DNA of 64,000 bases, taken from NCBI GenBank assembly GCA_037189525.1, contig JBBCJC010000002.1:1120001-1184000 (forward strand). The letters run 5' to 3'. Position numbers and translations under genes: made by a program. This document shows, piece by piece, positions 50,528 through 61,176 of the stretch. Numbering within the stretch: position 1 is the stretch's first letter; every line of letters starts with the position of its first letter. The notes under the pieces were generated by a model. The model was given only the letters and a program-made list of their open reading frames with translations, did not search any database and had not been told where the DNA came from. The DNA is from Gemmatimonadales bacterium (GTDB taxonomy: Bacteria > Gemmatimonadota > Gemmatimonadetes > Gemmatimonadales > GWC2-71-9).

Positions 50528-51910
50528 ATGAGTAGCTGGTTGGGCCTCCTTGCCGTACTGGCCGCCTGGGCGCCGCAACCGGATACGAGCCTGGTTGTCC
50601 GGCCGGTCCGGTTCTATCGGGCCGATCCAGGGCAGTCGCCGGGCATTACCCAGGTCACGACGCTGCTCCGCATTCCTGCGCAGCTGCCGCAGCCCGGCCC
50701 CGATGGCCAGGTCAGTCTGACATTCTCGATTCTGATTCGCGACTCGACCGGCACCGTCCTCCATCAGCAGAGCTGGCGTCGCCGGACGGCCGTCCCCTTT
50801 CCGCGCGGCGATGCAGAGCGACTCGACCTGATCCGGTTTTCACTCGGCGCGGGCACCTTTGTGCTCGAAGGCACGGTCACCGACTCCGTTTCGGGTGTCC
50901 GGGCGTCTGCTTCGATTCCGATTCAGGGATATCCTGCGCAGCCGTCAGCGTCGGACCTGCTGGTCAGTCCCTGGGTGCGTCCCGTGGCTTCGGTCGATAC
51001 CGTTCCGCAGCCGGGCGAGTTCCGGCGCGGTAATCTGATCGTGGCGATTGCTCCGGAAGTCGTGGTTGGAGGAGCGGACGCGTCGATTGCGTACCTGCTG
51101 GAAACCTATGAGGGAACCAGCCGGGACGGGACGCTGACGGTGGTCGTCACGGATCAGGACGGGGTCGATCGCCGCCGCATCGGTCCGACCCCGATCCGCG
51201 TGGCCGCCGGGATCGGTCAGATTACCGGACAGGTGGAGTTGGGCGACTTGCCCGAAGGGCGCTATCGGCTCCGCACCGACATCGATGTCGGGGGACGTGT
51301 CACCGCGCGCGAGGCCCCATTCGTCTTCGATGCGGCGGTGGCAAACGAGCCCTCGGCGCTGTCCGACGAAGCCTACTTCGGCGCGCTGTCCGGGCCCCTC
51401 CTGGATCAAGCCTTTGCTCCGCTTGCTGCGCTGGCGGCTCCGCGGGAATTGGCGGCCTGGCCGGCACGGGGCTCCGACGCCGACAAGCGCGAGTTCCTCA
51501 CCGCATTCTGGCGTCCGCGCGACCCCACCCCGCGCACAGTGGGCAACGAACGGCGCGCACAGTTCTACGACGGCGTGACCTATGCCAATGCTTTCTACGG
51601 CGATCCGCGTCGCCGTCTGCCCGGCTGGCAGTCGGATCGCGGCCGGGTCTTCCTCCGGGAAGGGCTGCCGACCCAGGTGCTCCGCCGGCAGCAGCGCGGT
51701 TCGGTACCTGCGTATGAAGTGTGGCGCTACTTCGAGCCGGTCGGTCGTTACTACCTGTTCGTCGATCGCGGCGCCGCGGGCGGGTTCCTCCTGACCCGAT
51801 CCAACGACGATCGGGAAGCGCAAGTCGGTCGCTGGCGCGAATGGTTGACTCCCACCGGCGTCCAGGAAGTGGTCGACTTCCTGGGCCGGATGGTGCTCTC
51901 GCCCGACTGA
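50528..51910 (+). CDS. GWxTD-domain secreted protein
   Basis: FWRPRDPTP, YANAFY, GWQSDRGRVF, EVWRY; signal peptide. Confidence 0.88.
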   Translation: MSSWLGLLAVLAAWAPQPDTSLVVRPVRFYRADPGQSPGITQVTTLLRIPAQLPQPGPDGQVSLTFSILIRDSTGTVLHQQSWRRRTAVPFPRGDAERLDLIRFSLGAGTFVLEGTVTDSVSGVRASASIPIQGYPAQPSASDLLVSPWVRPVASVDTVPQPGEFRRGNLIVAIAPEVVVGGADASIAYLLETYEGTSRDGTLTVVVTDQDGVDRRRIGPTPIRVAAGIGQITGQVELGDLPEGRYRLRTDIDVGGRVTAREAPFVFDAAVANEPSALSDEAYFGALSGPLLDQAFAPLAALAAPRELAAWPARGSDADKREFLTAFWRPRDPTPRTVGNERRAQFYDGVTYANAFYGDPRRRLPGWQSDRGRVFLREGLPTQVLRRQQRGSVPAYEVWRYFEPVGRYYLFVDRGAAGGFLLTRSNDDREAQVGRWREWLTPTGVQEVVDFLGRMVLSPD

Positions 51911-51920
51911 TTCGCACCGA

Positions 51921-54053
51921 TTAGTGACGGTCGGTGCGTCGTTCCAATTGCCCTTCGATCAGTCGTTCGAGCAATTGCGCAACCAGCCGACCCGTTCGTC
52001 CCCGCAAACGATCCCGCCATTCTTCGACGCCACGGTTCCAGTCGGGCAGTGGGATCGGTGCATCGACGCACTCGCTGGCCGGAGCGGTCCCTTCCAGAAA
52101 CACTTCTTCGCCGGTGCAGTTCCAACTCCAGTCGCCGGCGATCCGCGCCACCTCGATCCCATCCGGTACCTGGAATCGGCCGGGAGCCGTGTTGGCGCGC
52201 TCCAGGAAGCGTGACACGATCGGCAGCGCGGCATCGGCGCCGGTGAGACGGAGACTCCGGCCGTCGTCATATCCCATCCAGGCTCCCACGACGAGCGTCG
52301 GCGAATAGGCGACGAACCAGGCATCCCGCCAATTGTTCGAGGTGCCCGTTTTGCCCGCCATACGTCCGTACCGATCGCTGGCGCCGAGGGCTCGCGCCGT
52401 GCCCCGTTCGACCGCGCCGGTCAAGGCAGAGGTGATCAGATACGCCTCGGCCGGGGCGACCACGCTCGCGATCTCCGGCGGGCCGCCATCGGGATGCTCC
52501 GCGCCGAGCCGGGCCGCACCCAGCAGCGTCCGGCTGGAAGCAAGCTGGCCGCCGGTGGCAAAGACGCCGTAGGCGCGGACCAGTTCGAGCAGGCTGATCT
52601 CCGAGGAACCGAGGGCCAGGCTCGGCACCGGCGCCAGCGGGCTGGTAATGCCCAGCTGGCGCGCGGTCGCCGCGATCCGCTCGGGACCGACCGCCAGTCC
52701 GATCCGGACGAAGGGGATGTTGAGCGATTGCTCGAGCGCCTGCCGCATCGTGACCGCGCCGCGAAAAGTGCCGTCGTAGTTGGCCGGCTCCCAGGGGCCC
52801 GATCCGGTGGTGACGCGGATCGGCTCGTCGTCGATGCGCGATGCCAGGGTAAAGGCGGGTTGTTCCGCGCCGGAGCGCCTGAGCGCAGCGAGCGCCACGA
52901 TCGGTTTGAAAGTGCTGCCCGGCTGCCGCCGCGCATCGACCGCGCGGTTGAATTGCGAGGTGCCGTAGTCGCGCCCGCCCACCATGGCGAGGATGTCGCC
53001 GCTTCGGGGGTCGATGGCAATCAACGCGGCCTGGACGTCCGGCGCGCGGAAACGGGTCAGGCCGTCGCGCACGGCGCCGAGCGCGGCGCGTTGGAGATCG
53101 GGGTCGAGAGTGGTATAAACCGCCACGCCACGGGGCGCGACCTTGCCCGGCAAGCTGCGAACGGTGTGGTCCCGGAAGTGGCGGGCATCGATGCGGGTGG
53201 CCGGATAGGCCCGCGTAGCCACCCGGCTCCGCCGCGCCGTCGCGGCGCGCTCGCTGCTGATCCGATCCTGTTCGACCATCAGACCGAGAACCAGATTGCG
53301 CCGGCGCCGCGCCAGCTCCGCATTCCGGGTCGGCGCCAGCCGATTCGGCGCATGGATCATGGCCGCGAGCAAAGCGCTCTCGGCCAGCGAGAGTTTCCGG
53401 ACGTCCTTGCCGAAGTAGTAGCGCGCCGCGGCGCCGACCCCGTGCATGGCGCGGCCGCGGTCCTGGCCGAGATAGATCTCGTTCAGGTAGGCGCCGAGGA
53501 TGGTGGCTTTGTCGTAGCGCAGCTCGAGCGCGATGGCCATCGCGGCTTCGCGCGCTTTGCGGAGCGGGGTCCGTTCCGCCGACAGGAACAGGTTCTTGGC
53601 CAGCTGCTGGGTGATGGTGCTGCCGCCCTGCGCGATCTGTCCGGCCTTGACGTTGGCGACCAGCGCGCCGCCGATCCGGCGGAAGTCGAGCCCGTGATGG
53701 CCGTGGAATCGCTGGTCTTCGATGGCGAGCACCGCGTCGACCAGATGGCGGGGCAGTTGGTCGAGTGCGACCGGCTGCCGAATCTCGTCGGGGGCGTTGC
53801 CGACGGGGGCTATCAGCGTTGGGTTCGGCCGGCCCTCGGAACCGCGCCACGCATGTGGGCGGCTGTAGAGCCCCGAAGGGAGCCGGGCCGACGGAGGCTC
53901 CAGCCGGGCCCGGATGGCGGCCTCGACGGCAATCAGTGTGGTGGCTACGACCGTGGTCGCTATCGCGACCCGTACCAACAACTTGCGGCTGATGCGGGCG
54001 CGGACCCAGGTGAGTCCCGCGCGCAGCCGAGTCCGGATTTCCTGCCAGGACAT
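51921..54053 (-). CDS. Class A penicillin-binding protein (transglycosylase/transpeptidase)
   Basis: EDQRF, GGSTITQQLAKN, RKAREA, STFK, SLN, KTGT. Confidence 0.95.
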   Translation of the reverse strand: MSWQEIRTRLRAGLTWVRARISRKLLVRVAIATTVVATTLIAVEAAIRARLEPPSARLPSGLYSRPHAWRGSEGRPNPTLIAPVGNAPDEIRQPVALDQLPRHLVDAVLAIEDQRFHGHHGLDFRRIGGALVANVKAGQIAQGGSTITQQLAKNLFLSAERTPLRKAREAAMAIALELRYDKATILGAYLNEIYLGQDRGRAMHGVGAAARYYFGKDVRKLSLAESALLAAMIHAPNRLAPTRNAELARRRRNLVLGLMVEQDRISSERAATARRSRVATRAYPATRIDARHFRDHTVRSLPGKVAPRGVAVYTTLDPDLQRAALGAVRDGLTRFRAPDVQAALIAIDPRSGDILAMVGGRDYGTSQFNRAVDARRQPGSTFKPIVALAALRRSGAEQPAFTLASRIDDEPIRVTTGSGPWEPANYDGTFRGAVTMRQALEQSLNIPFVRIGLAVGPERIAATARQLGITSPLAPVPSLALGSSEISLLELVRAYGVFATGGQLASSRTLLGAARLGAEHPDGGPPEIASVVAPAEAYLITSALTGAVERGTARALGASDRYGRMAGKTGTSNNWRDAWFVAYSPTLVVGAWMGYDDGRSLRLTGADAALPIVSRFLERANTAPGRFQVPDGIEVARIAGDWSWNCTGEEVFLEGTAPASECVDAPIPLPDWNRGVEEWRDRLRGRTGRLVAQLLERLIEGQLERRTDRH

Positions 54054-54158
54054 GGGCGGCCCTCCAATGGTCGTAGATCCATTGGACGCACGAAACGCTC
54101 AAATGGTTTCATGCTGGAACGATTTGCCGGTGCAGGGGGCTTGTCGTGGCCCGGCTGA

Positions 54159-55109
54159 TCAGTGGTTCTGGTGGTCCTGGTGTGCGCCGGGGGCCTCGGC
54201 TCGGCTCAGCTCGAGTTCCGTGGCCGGTCCTTCGGCATGGCCGAAGGGGAGCAGGTGATCCACCCCCATGGCGACGAAGAGCAGGGCTAGGTACAGCAGC
54301 GAATAGCGGTACATCTTCCAGGCGGTCGGGGTGACCCCCTGTTCACGCAGCAGCTGGACGCAGTACCAGACCAGTCGGCCGCCCAGCGCCAGCGCAATCA
54401 CGCCGTAGACGGCGCCCTGGGTGCCGGCCAGGGTCGGCAGGATGGTCAGCGGGAGCAGCAGCAGGGTGTAGCCCAGCATCTGCCGCTTGGTATGCCGCTC
54501 TCCCCGGACCACGGGCAGCATCGGAACCCCGACGGTCGCGTAGTCCTTGCTCTTAACCAGGGCCAGCGCCCAGAAGTGGGGCGGGGTCCAGTAGAACACG
54601 ATCGCAAAGAGGATGATGGCGCCGAGATCGATCGAGCCGGTCATGGCGGCCCACCCGACCAGGGGCGGAAAGGCGCCGGCCGCGCCGCCGATCACGATGT
54701 TCTGCGGGGTATTCCGCTTGAGCCAGACGGTGTAGATGAAGACGTAGAACAGGAAACCGGCCAGCGCCAGCCAGGCCGACATCGGGTTCACCAGATTCCA
54801 GAACAGCACAAAAGCCACGACGCCCAGCGCGATCCCGAAGAAGAGGGCCGCCCCGGCCGGGATCCGCCCCGAGGGGATCGGTCGCGCCTTGGTGCGGGTC
54901 ATTTTGACGTCGATGTCCCGGTCGAACCACATGTTCACCGCGTTGGCCCCGCCAGCCATCAGATAACCGGCCAGGCTGACCCAGAGGACCAGTTCCAATG
55001 ACGGTAAGCCATTGGGGGTGATGAACATCGGAGCGATAGTGGTGACCAGGAGCAACGAAATGATGCGCGGCTTGGTCAGCGCCACCAGGTCCCGGAGGAG
55101 GCTCGTCAA
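54159..55109 (-). CDS. ctaB: Heme O synthase (protoheme IX farnesyltransferase)
   Basis: LTKPRII, DRDIDVKMTRTKARPIPSG, YTVWLKR, WTPPHFWAL; TTG start chosen. Confidence 0.95.
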   Translation of the reverse strand: MTSLLRDLVALTKPRIISLLLVTTIAPMFITPNGLPSLELVLWVSLAGYLMAGGANAVNMWFDRDIDVKMTRTKARPIPSGRIPAGAALFFGIALGVVAFVLFWNLVNPMSAWLALAGFLFYVFIYTVWLKRNTPQNIVIGGAAGAFPPLVGWAAMTGSIDLGAIILFAIVFYWTPPHFWALALVKSKDYATVGVPMLPVVRGERHTKRQMLGYTLLLLPLTILPTLAGTQGAVYGVIALALGGRLVWYCVQLLREQGVTPTAWKMYRYSLLYLALLFVAMGVDHLLPFGHAEGPATELELSRAEAPGAHQDHQNH

Positions 55110-55228
55110 GGCGTGGGTCGTTCCAGATTGAAAGCAAAGACTGTCATCTATTCCAACCTCGAAATATACTCTATCCGGCCCTCCGAGACATCGTCTCGTC
55201 TGATTCCCCCAAAACATGACGATCCCCT

Positions 55229-56557
55229 ATGGCTACCGTGGTTTCCGAACGCCTGCCTCGTACCATCGGTTTGTTCTCGGCCGTTGCCATCATCGTTGGC
55301 ACGACCATCGGTTCCGGGATCTTTCGGGTTCCGGCGTCCGTCGCGGCGCAGTTGGGTGAACCGGGGCCGGTGCTGCTGGCCTGGGTCCTGGGCGGGGTGC
55401 TGGCGCTGTTCGGCGCGCTGACCCTGGCAGAGCTGGCGGCCATGTTCCCCCGATCGGGCGGCGTCTTTGCCTATATCGAAGAGGGACTCGGCCGGATGCC
55501 GGCGTTTCTGTTCGGATGGTCGCAGCTGGCGGTGATCCGCGCGTCTGCACTCGGGGGAATCTCCACCATCTTTGCCGAGTATCTCGGGTACTTCCTCAAG
55601 TTCACGCCGAGCCAGGTTCGCTACGTCGCGGCGGGGACCATCCTGTTCGTGGCGCTGGTCAACTATCTGAGCACCACGGCTGCGGCCAAGGTCGTCAGCA
55701 ATTTCATGGTGGCCAAGTACGTGGCGATGGTGGCGTTGATCATACTGGCGTTCACGGCGGGCGACGGCAGCTTCAGTCACTTCAGCGGAACCGGATCGAC
55801 CGCGTTCAGCATGTCGATGGTGGCTTCTGCGCTGGTCTCGATCATGTGGGCCTATGACGGATGGGCCGACCTGTCGTACATCGGCGGCGAGATCAAAAAT
55901 CCCGGACGCAACATTCCGCTCGCGCTCGTCATCGGCACGGTGATGATCATCGTGATGTACCTGTTGATGAACGCGGCGTACATCTATCTCGTGCCGGTGC
56001 CGGAGATGGCTGGTGAGCGGCTGATTGCCTCGACGGCGGCATCGCGTATCCCGCTCCTTGGCGGCGCAGGGGCCGGCATCATCGCCGCAGTCGTGATGAT
56101 TTCCTGCTTCGGCAGTCTCAACGGTTCGATGCTCACCAACCCGCGCGTTTTCTTCGCGATGGCCGATCGCGGGCTCTTCTTCAAAGGCGTGGCGCGGGTG
56201 TCGCCCACGCGACAGACGCCCTCGGTGGCGATCTGGCTGGCTGCGATCCTCGGATGCATCTACGTCCTGCTCAACGACTTTCAGCAGCTGGCGGATCGCT
56301 TCGTGCTGGGGATCTGGCCGTTCTATATCATGGCGATCCTCTCCGTCTTCATCCTCAGGAAGCGGTCGCCGGACGCCGAGCGGCCGTACAAGACGTTCGG
56401 CTATCCGGTGGTGCCGATCATCTTTTTGCTGGCGGCAACGGGCATGGTCATTAACGCGTTCGTGACCGATCCGTTCAACACCGGGGTGACCTTTGCCATC
56501 ATCGGTGCGGGGTTGCCGGTGTACTACTTCGGTTTCCGGAACCGCTCCGCTTCCTGA
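55229..56557 (+). CDS. APC-family amino acid permease
   Basis: TIGSGIF, AELAAMFPRSGG, YDGW, GEIKNPGRNIP, RPYKTFGYP. Confidence 0.93.
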   Translation: MATVVSERLPRTIGLFSAVAIIVGTTIGSGIFRVPASVAAQLGEPGPVLLAWVLGGVLALFGALTLAELAAMFPRSGGVFAYIEEGLGRMPAFLFGWSQLAVIRASALGGISTIFAEYLGYFLKFTPSQVRYVAAGTILFVALVNYLSTTAAAKVVSNFMVAKYVAMVALIILAFTAGDGSFSHFSGTGSTAFSMSMVASALVSIMWAYDGWADLSYIGGEIKNPGRNIPLALVIGTVMIIVMYLLMNAAYIYLVPVPEMAGERLIASTAASRIPLLGGAGAGIIAAVVMISCFGSLNGSMLTNPRVFFAMADRGLFFKGVARVSPTRQTPSVAIWLAAILGCIYVLLNDFQQLADRFVLGIWPFYIMAILSVFILRKRSPDAERPYKTFGYPVVPIIFLLAATGMVINAFVTDPFNTGVTFAIIGAGLPVYYFGFRNRSAS

Positions 56558-56598
56558 GCAGGATCGGTCGGGAGAAATCCCGTCGTCCGTTCGATCCG

Positions 56599-56637
56599 TA
56601 CGCCGGGCGTCGCTGATGCGATGCCCGGCGTATTGTT
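56599..56637 (+). terminator. Probable terminator hairpin
   Basis: 15-bp stem tacgccgggcgtcgc/gcgatgcccggcgta (one G-U) followed by ttgtt. Confidence 0.6.
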
Positions 56638-56750
56638 GCCGAACCGATACTGGCCTCGCTTGACCGCATCCGGGCTGATCGCGATGTTTGTCCGCGCCTG
56701 GGCACCGTCCTGGTCCCTAGTCCATCGATACCTTGTATGCGGAGTAACTG

Positions 56751-59700
56751 ATGCGGTCGTTGCGGAGGCTTAGCAGCTATCTCGTTGTAACCATTCTAGT
56801 TAGCATATTTCCAACGGGCGCTGCCTGGGCGCAGGGTCCGACCAGCGCCGCGCTCACCGGGGTGATCACCCGGGAGGGAGGGCAGCCGGTCGAGGCCGCC
56901 AATGTCTCTCTCACCAACACCAGCACCGGGGCCCGGTTGGCGACGACCACGCGCGCCAACGGGCGGTACAACTTCGAGAACGTGCCGCCGGGCGGACCGT
57001 ATACCATTGACGTCCGTGGTATCGGGTTCCAGCCGGCCACCAAGACCGGGATCCGGCTGACTCTCGGTCAGCGCCAGGTCGAAGACTTCGAACTGCAGCA
57101 GCAGGTCGTAGTCCTCGAGGAACTGGCCGTGACGGCGGCGACGAACCCGCTCATCAATACCGGACGTACCGGCGCCGCGCAGACGGTTTCGGGCGAAACG
57201 ATCCGGCGGATGCCGAGTTTGGGTCGGAACTTCACCGATCTGATCCGGACCAGCCCGCAAGTGCTGCTCGGTTCGTCGGTTGGTGGGCAGAATGGCCGCT
57301 TCAATGCGATCCAGATCGACGGCGGCGTCAACAACGACATCTTTGGTCTGGCGTCGAGCGGCACCCCGGGTGGTTCGGCGGGCGCCAAGCCGATCTCGCT
57401 CGAGGCGATTCAGGAGTACCAGGTGCTGGTGGCGCCGTTCGACGTGCGCCAGGGCAGCTTCTCCGGCGGTCTGGTCAACGGCATTACCCGCTCGGGCACC
57501 AACGAGTTCCACGGTTCGGTCTTCGGCTACCTTCAGCGCCCCGACCTAGTCGGTAAGGACACCGCCGGCGTCAAGATTTCCGAGTTCGATATCAAACAGT
57601 ACGGTGCCACGTTCGGCGGACCGATCATTCGCGACCGGCTCCACTTCTTCCTGAGTGCCGATCTCCAGACCTCGACCACGCCGTTCGTCGGCCTGGAGGC
57701 CGATGATCCGGAGACGGGTATCACCTCCACGGTGGCCAACCGAGTCCGCCAGATTCTCCAGGATCGCTACGGCTTCGACCCGGGTGGGATCGAAGCGCCG
57801 CAGAACCTGAACCAGCCGGACAAGAATTTCTTCGGCAAGCTGAACGCGCAGCTCGGCGGCGGCTCGCAGCTCGAACTGTCGTACAACTACACCCAGGCCA
57901 GCCGCGACAACTTCATCCGCGGCACCCGTAACCTGGCGGATCGGGACGGCTGGCAGTTGTCCAACAGCGGCTACCAGATCGCCAACAAGACCCACTCGGT
58001 TCGATCCAAGTTCTCGACGGTCATCGGTCGCGCCAGCCTCGAGCTGCTTGCCGGGTACCAGCGGGTCCGGGATGCGCGCGAAATCGCGAACCAGACGCCG
58101 CTCATCATGGTGCAGGATGCCGTCGGGTCCTATCTGGCCGCGGGCGGCGAGCGGTTCTCGCACGGTAACGAACTCGATCAGGACATTTTCGAACTTACGG
58201 GCAACCTGACCTTCGATGTCGGGAGCAATCACCAGATCACGATCGGTACGCATAACGAGTTCTTCAGCTTCCGGAACCTGTTTGCGAACAACCGCTTCGG
58301 TACCTGGACCTTCGGTAGCGTCGACTCGCTCGACCAGGGCCTGGCCCGGCGGTACGAGATTGCGCTCGAAACCCGGCCCGGCGGCTTTACCGCCGACTTC
58401 GGCGTCCGTCAGCTGGGCGGCTATGTGCAGGACACCTGGCGCCCGACCCGTGACCTGACGCTCACCACCGGCATTCGCTTCGATGTGCCGTTCAGCGACA
58501 AGCCGTTCCAGAACGACAACCCGGCCCTGCTGGCGCTCGGCGTCAACACCGGCCAGTTCCCGTCGGGCAACGTGCTGCTGTCCCCGCGTTTCGGTTTCAA
58601 CTGGGATATCGGCGGCGAAGCGAACACGGTGGTTCGCGGCGGCGTCGGCCTCTTCTCGGGTCGTCCGCCGTACGTCTGGATGGCCAACGCGTTCACCAAT
58701 ACCGGTCTGGAGCAGGGCACGCTGCGGTGCGACCTGACGCCGACGAGCGGCAACGGCCTGACGCCGCCGACGTTTACCGTCGACGTCAACAACATGCCGT
58801 CGGCGTGCGCGACGGGTGGCAGCGCGGCGGCGTCGACGCCGACGATCAATTACTTCGAAGAGAATTTCAAGTTCCAGCAGGCGCTCAAGTTCGCCGTGGG
58901 TGTCGACAAGCAGCTGGGTAACGGGTTCGTCGCCACCGTCGACCTCATCCACACCCGGGCCCGGAACCAGATGTACCAGACGGACGACAACGTCACGCTT
59001 GGTGAGGTGAACGGTGAAGGCCGTCAGCTCTATGCCGCGCCGAACCCGGCGGGCACGGCGCTGGTCCGGCTCCGGCCGACCACCGCGCTGGCGCAGGTGG
59101 TCCGGCACACCAACCGGAATGCCGACAAGTCGACCATGGCCACCGTCCAGCTCCAGAAGTCGTTTGCCAACGGGATCGGCTTCTCGGCGGCGTATACCCG
59201 CGCCAAGACGGAAGACCTGATGAGCCTGGGCTCGAGCGTCGCCACCTCGAACCTGCGGAACACCGCGCTCGACGGTACGCTCGAAAACCGGAACCTGCGG
59301 CTCGCGGCCTATGACGTGCCGCACAAGATTACGTTGAGCGGCACGGCCATTCTTCCGCTCGAAATCGAGCTGTCGGCGATTTACACCGCGCGTGCCGGCA
59401 CGCCGTACGCCTATGTCTACAGCAACGACGCCAACGGTGACGGCAACTCGTCCAACGACCTGTTCTACGTCCCGCGCGACGCCAACGATATCTCGCTCAG
59501 CAACCCGACGGCGTGGACTCGGCTCGACGACTTCATCAGCAGTGAAAAGTGTCTGGATGAGCAGCGGGGCCAGATCATGGAGCGGAACTCCTGCCGTAAT
59601 CCGTGGGTCAAGTTCCTCGACATTCGCCTGGCCAAGCCGTTCCGGACGCTGAGCGGCCAGTCCCTCGTCCTCGGAGTCGACTTCTTCAATTTCCTCAACC

Positions 59701-59915
59701 TGGTCAATAAGAACTGGGGCATCAATCGCGAAACCTCCCAGTTCGAACAGATCAGCAGCTTCCTGACGATGTCGGGCTACGACACCCGCGGCACGGCCTC
59801 GCAGAGCGATGACCGGGGCGTGTACACGGTGCCGAACGCGATGCCGTCGCTCGAGCGCGCGCAGATCAACAGCTCGCGCTGGCGGATTCAGGTGGGAGCG
59901 AAGTACCTCTTCTAG
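56751..59915 (+). CDS. TonB-dependent receptor, Oar-like, with N-terminal carboxypeptidase-regulatory-like domain
   Basis: Signal peptide AWA-Q; GRNFTDL, IDGG, TRSGTNEFHGS, YVQDTW, SPRFGFNWD, C-terminal QVGAKYLF. Confidence 0.93.
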   Translation: MRSLRRLSSYLVVTILVSIFPTGAAWAQGPTSAALTGVITREGGQPVEAANVSLTNTSTGARLATTTRANGRYNFENVPPGGPYTIDVRGIGFQPATKTGIRLTLGQRQVEDFELQQQVVVLEELAVTAATNPLINTGRTGAAQTVSGETIRRMPSLGRNFTDLIRTSPQVLLGSSVGGQNGRFNAIQIDGGVNNDIFGLASSGTPGGSAGAKPISLEAIQEYQVLVAPFDVRQGSFSGGLVNGITRSGTNEFHGSVFGYLQRPDLVGKDTAGVKISEFDIKQYGATFGGPIIRDRLHFFLSADLQTSTTPFVGLEADDPETGITSTVANRVRQILQDRYGFDPGGIEAPQNLNQPDKNFFGKLNAQLGGGSQLELSYNYTQASRDNFIRGTRNLADRDGWQLSNSGYQIANKTHSVRSKFSTVIGRASLELLAGYQRVRDAREIANQTPLIMVQDAVGSYLAAGGERFSHGNELDQDIFELTGNLTFDVGSNHQITIGTHNEFFSFRNLFANNRFGTWTFGSVDSLDQGLARRYEIALETRPGGFTADFGVRQLGGYVQDTWRPTRDLTLTTGIRFDVPFSDKPFQNDNPALLALGVNTGQFPSGNVLLSPRFGFNWDIGGEANTVVRGGVGLFSGRPPYVWMANAFTNTGLEQGTLRCDLTPTSGNGLTPPTFTVDVNNMPSACATGGSAAASTPTINYFEENFKFQQALKFAVGVDKQLGNGFVATVDLIHTRARNQMYQTDDNVTLGEVNGEGRQLYAAPNPAGTALVRLRPTTALAQVVRHTNRNADKSTMATVQLQKSFANGIGFSAAYTRAKTEDLMSLGSSVATSNLRNTALDGTLENRNLRLAAYDVPHKITLSGTAILPLEIELSAIYTARAGTPYAYVYSNDANGDGNSSNDLFYVPRDANDISLSNPTAWTRLDDFISSEKCLDEQRGQIMERNSCRNPWVKFLDIRLAKPFRTLSGQSLVLGVDFFNFLNLVNKNWGINRETSQFEQISSFLTMSGYDTRGTASQSDDRGVYTVPNAMPSLERAQINSSRWRIQVGAKYLF

Positions 59916-59935
59916 TCTGAAGCCAGGCTGGGCTC

Positions 59936-59981
59936 AACGAAGACGGGGGTGGGACATCATGTCCCACCCCCGTCTTCGTTT
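59936..59981. terminator. Long perfect inverted repeat / terminator after the TBDR
   Basis: 21-bp perfect stem aacgaagacgggggtgggaca / tgtcccacccccgtcttcgtt with a 3-nt loop, between convergent genes. Confidence 0.8.
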
Positions 59982-60088
59982 GCTGCAGGGACCGAGGCCA
60001 TCGAGAGGCGATCGACCGTCAAGGCGGCACTCTTCTGTCGCTGCTCTCTGCGCAGGACGCCCCTCTCTCGCCTCGGAGTTCCTCCTGG

Positions 60089-61174
60089 TCAGGTCCGCAC
60101 ACGAGAAAAGAGCCAGAGGCCGAGCACCAGGAAGAACGCGTTAGGCAGCCAGGCCGACAGGGTGGGAGAGATCACCCCGGTGGCGCCGACCGCCTTGGCG
60201 AGGTTGATCAGCAGGAGATAGACGACCGTGGTGCCCAGGCTCGCCGCGATGCCCCACGCCGCGCCGGCGCGCGGGTTACTCATGGCGAGCGGCGCGCCGA
60301 ACAACGCGATCACCAGGCACGCCGCCGGAAGGGCCAGCTTCACGGCGAGGTCGACCTCGAGCTTCTTGGTGTCGTTGCCGGAGCGGGCCAGTGTGGTGAT
60401 GAAGCCGGCCAGCTCCCGGTACGTCATCTCTTCCGGCCGCTTGGGCTCACTCAGGAGCGAGGTCGGATGCTCGTTGAGCGTGGACATTTCCAGCGTGGCA
60501 AACTGCGCGGTCAGCCGGGCGCTGGAGTCGCCCAGGATGTGGAGCATGCCATTTTCGAGGCGCCACCGGCTGGTCGAATCGGACCATTTTGCGCTGTCGG
60601 CCGTGATGGACATGTTGGGATAATCTTCTGCGCGGCCGGCGTGCTCGAGCAGCAGCGTCTGCATCCCATTGTTCTGGGTGTCCAGATAGCGGATCGAGTA
60701 GGTCCAGCCGTTGTCGGCCAGGTAGACGAAGTCGTAGCGCGTGGTCTGGTTGCGGTTGGTGCGCTCCCGTTCCAGCTCGAGCTGCCGCGCCGTCGTTTGC
60801 GGCGCAATCTCCGTGACCCAGAAACAGAAAAGCCCCGCGAGCGCCGAGGCCACCAGGATCGGGAAGACCAGACGATAGAAGCTGATGCCGCCGGCTTTGG
60901 CGGCGGTAATCTCCGAATTGCGCGCCAGCGGTCCGACCGTGAAGACGGTGGCGAACAGAGTCGCGGCCGGAATCATGTTGGCGGTGTTGCCCGGAATCGC
61001 AAACAGGCCGATCTGCGCAATCACGGCGGCGCTCAGGTCGCGATCGAGCAGCCGGTTGAGCCGCTCGGTCAGGTAGACCAGGACCGAAACCACCGGGAGG
61101 CCAAGCCCCGCCAGAAAAAAGATCTTGAGCCACTGGCCCAAGACATACCGGCTCAGACGTCGGATGATGACCAC
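60089..61174 (-). CDS. lptG: LPS export permease LptG
   Basis: RLSRYV, NSEITAAKAGGISFYRL, PEEMT..EL, AWLPN; downstream member of the pair. Confidence 0.85.
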   Translation of the reverse strand: MVIIRRLSRYVLGQWLKIFFLAGLGLPVVSVLVYLTERLNRLLDRDLSAAVIAQIGLFAIPGNTANMIPAATLFATVFTVGPLARNSEITAAKAGGISFYRLVFPILVASALAGLFCFWVTEIAPQTTARQLELERERTNRNQTTRYDFVYLADNGWTYSIRYLDTQNNGMQTLLLEHAGRAEDYPNMSITADSAKWSDSTSRWRLENGMLHILGDSSARLTAQFATLEMSTLNEHPTSLLSEPKRPEEMTYRELAGFITTLARSGNDTKKLEVDLAVKLALPAACLVIALFGAPLAMSNPRAGAAWGIAASLGTTVVYLLLINLAKAVGATGVISPTLSAWLPNAFFLVLGLWLFSRVRT

Positions 61175-61176
61175 GG

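Noticed and set aside
59992..60076. Imperfect inverted repeat ccgaggc..cgagagg / cctctctcgcctcgg as a MITE
   Set aside because: Single copy, poorly matched arms, no target-site duplication.
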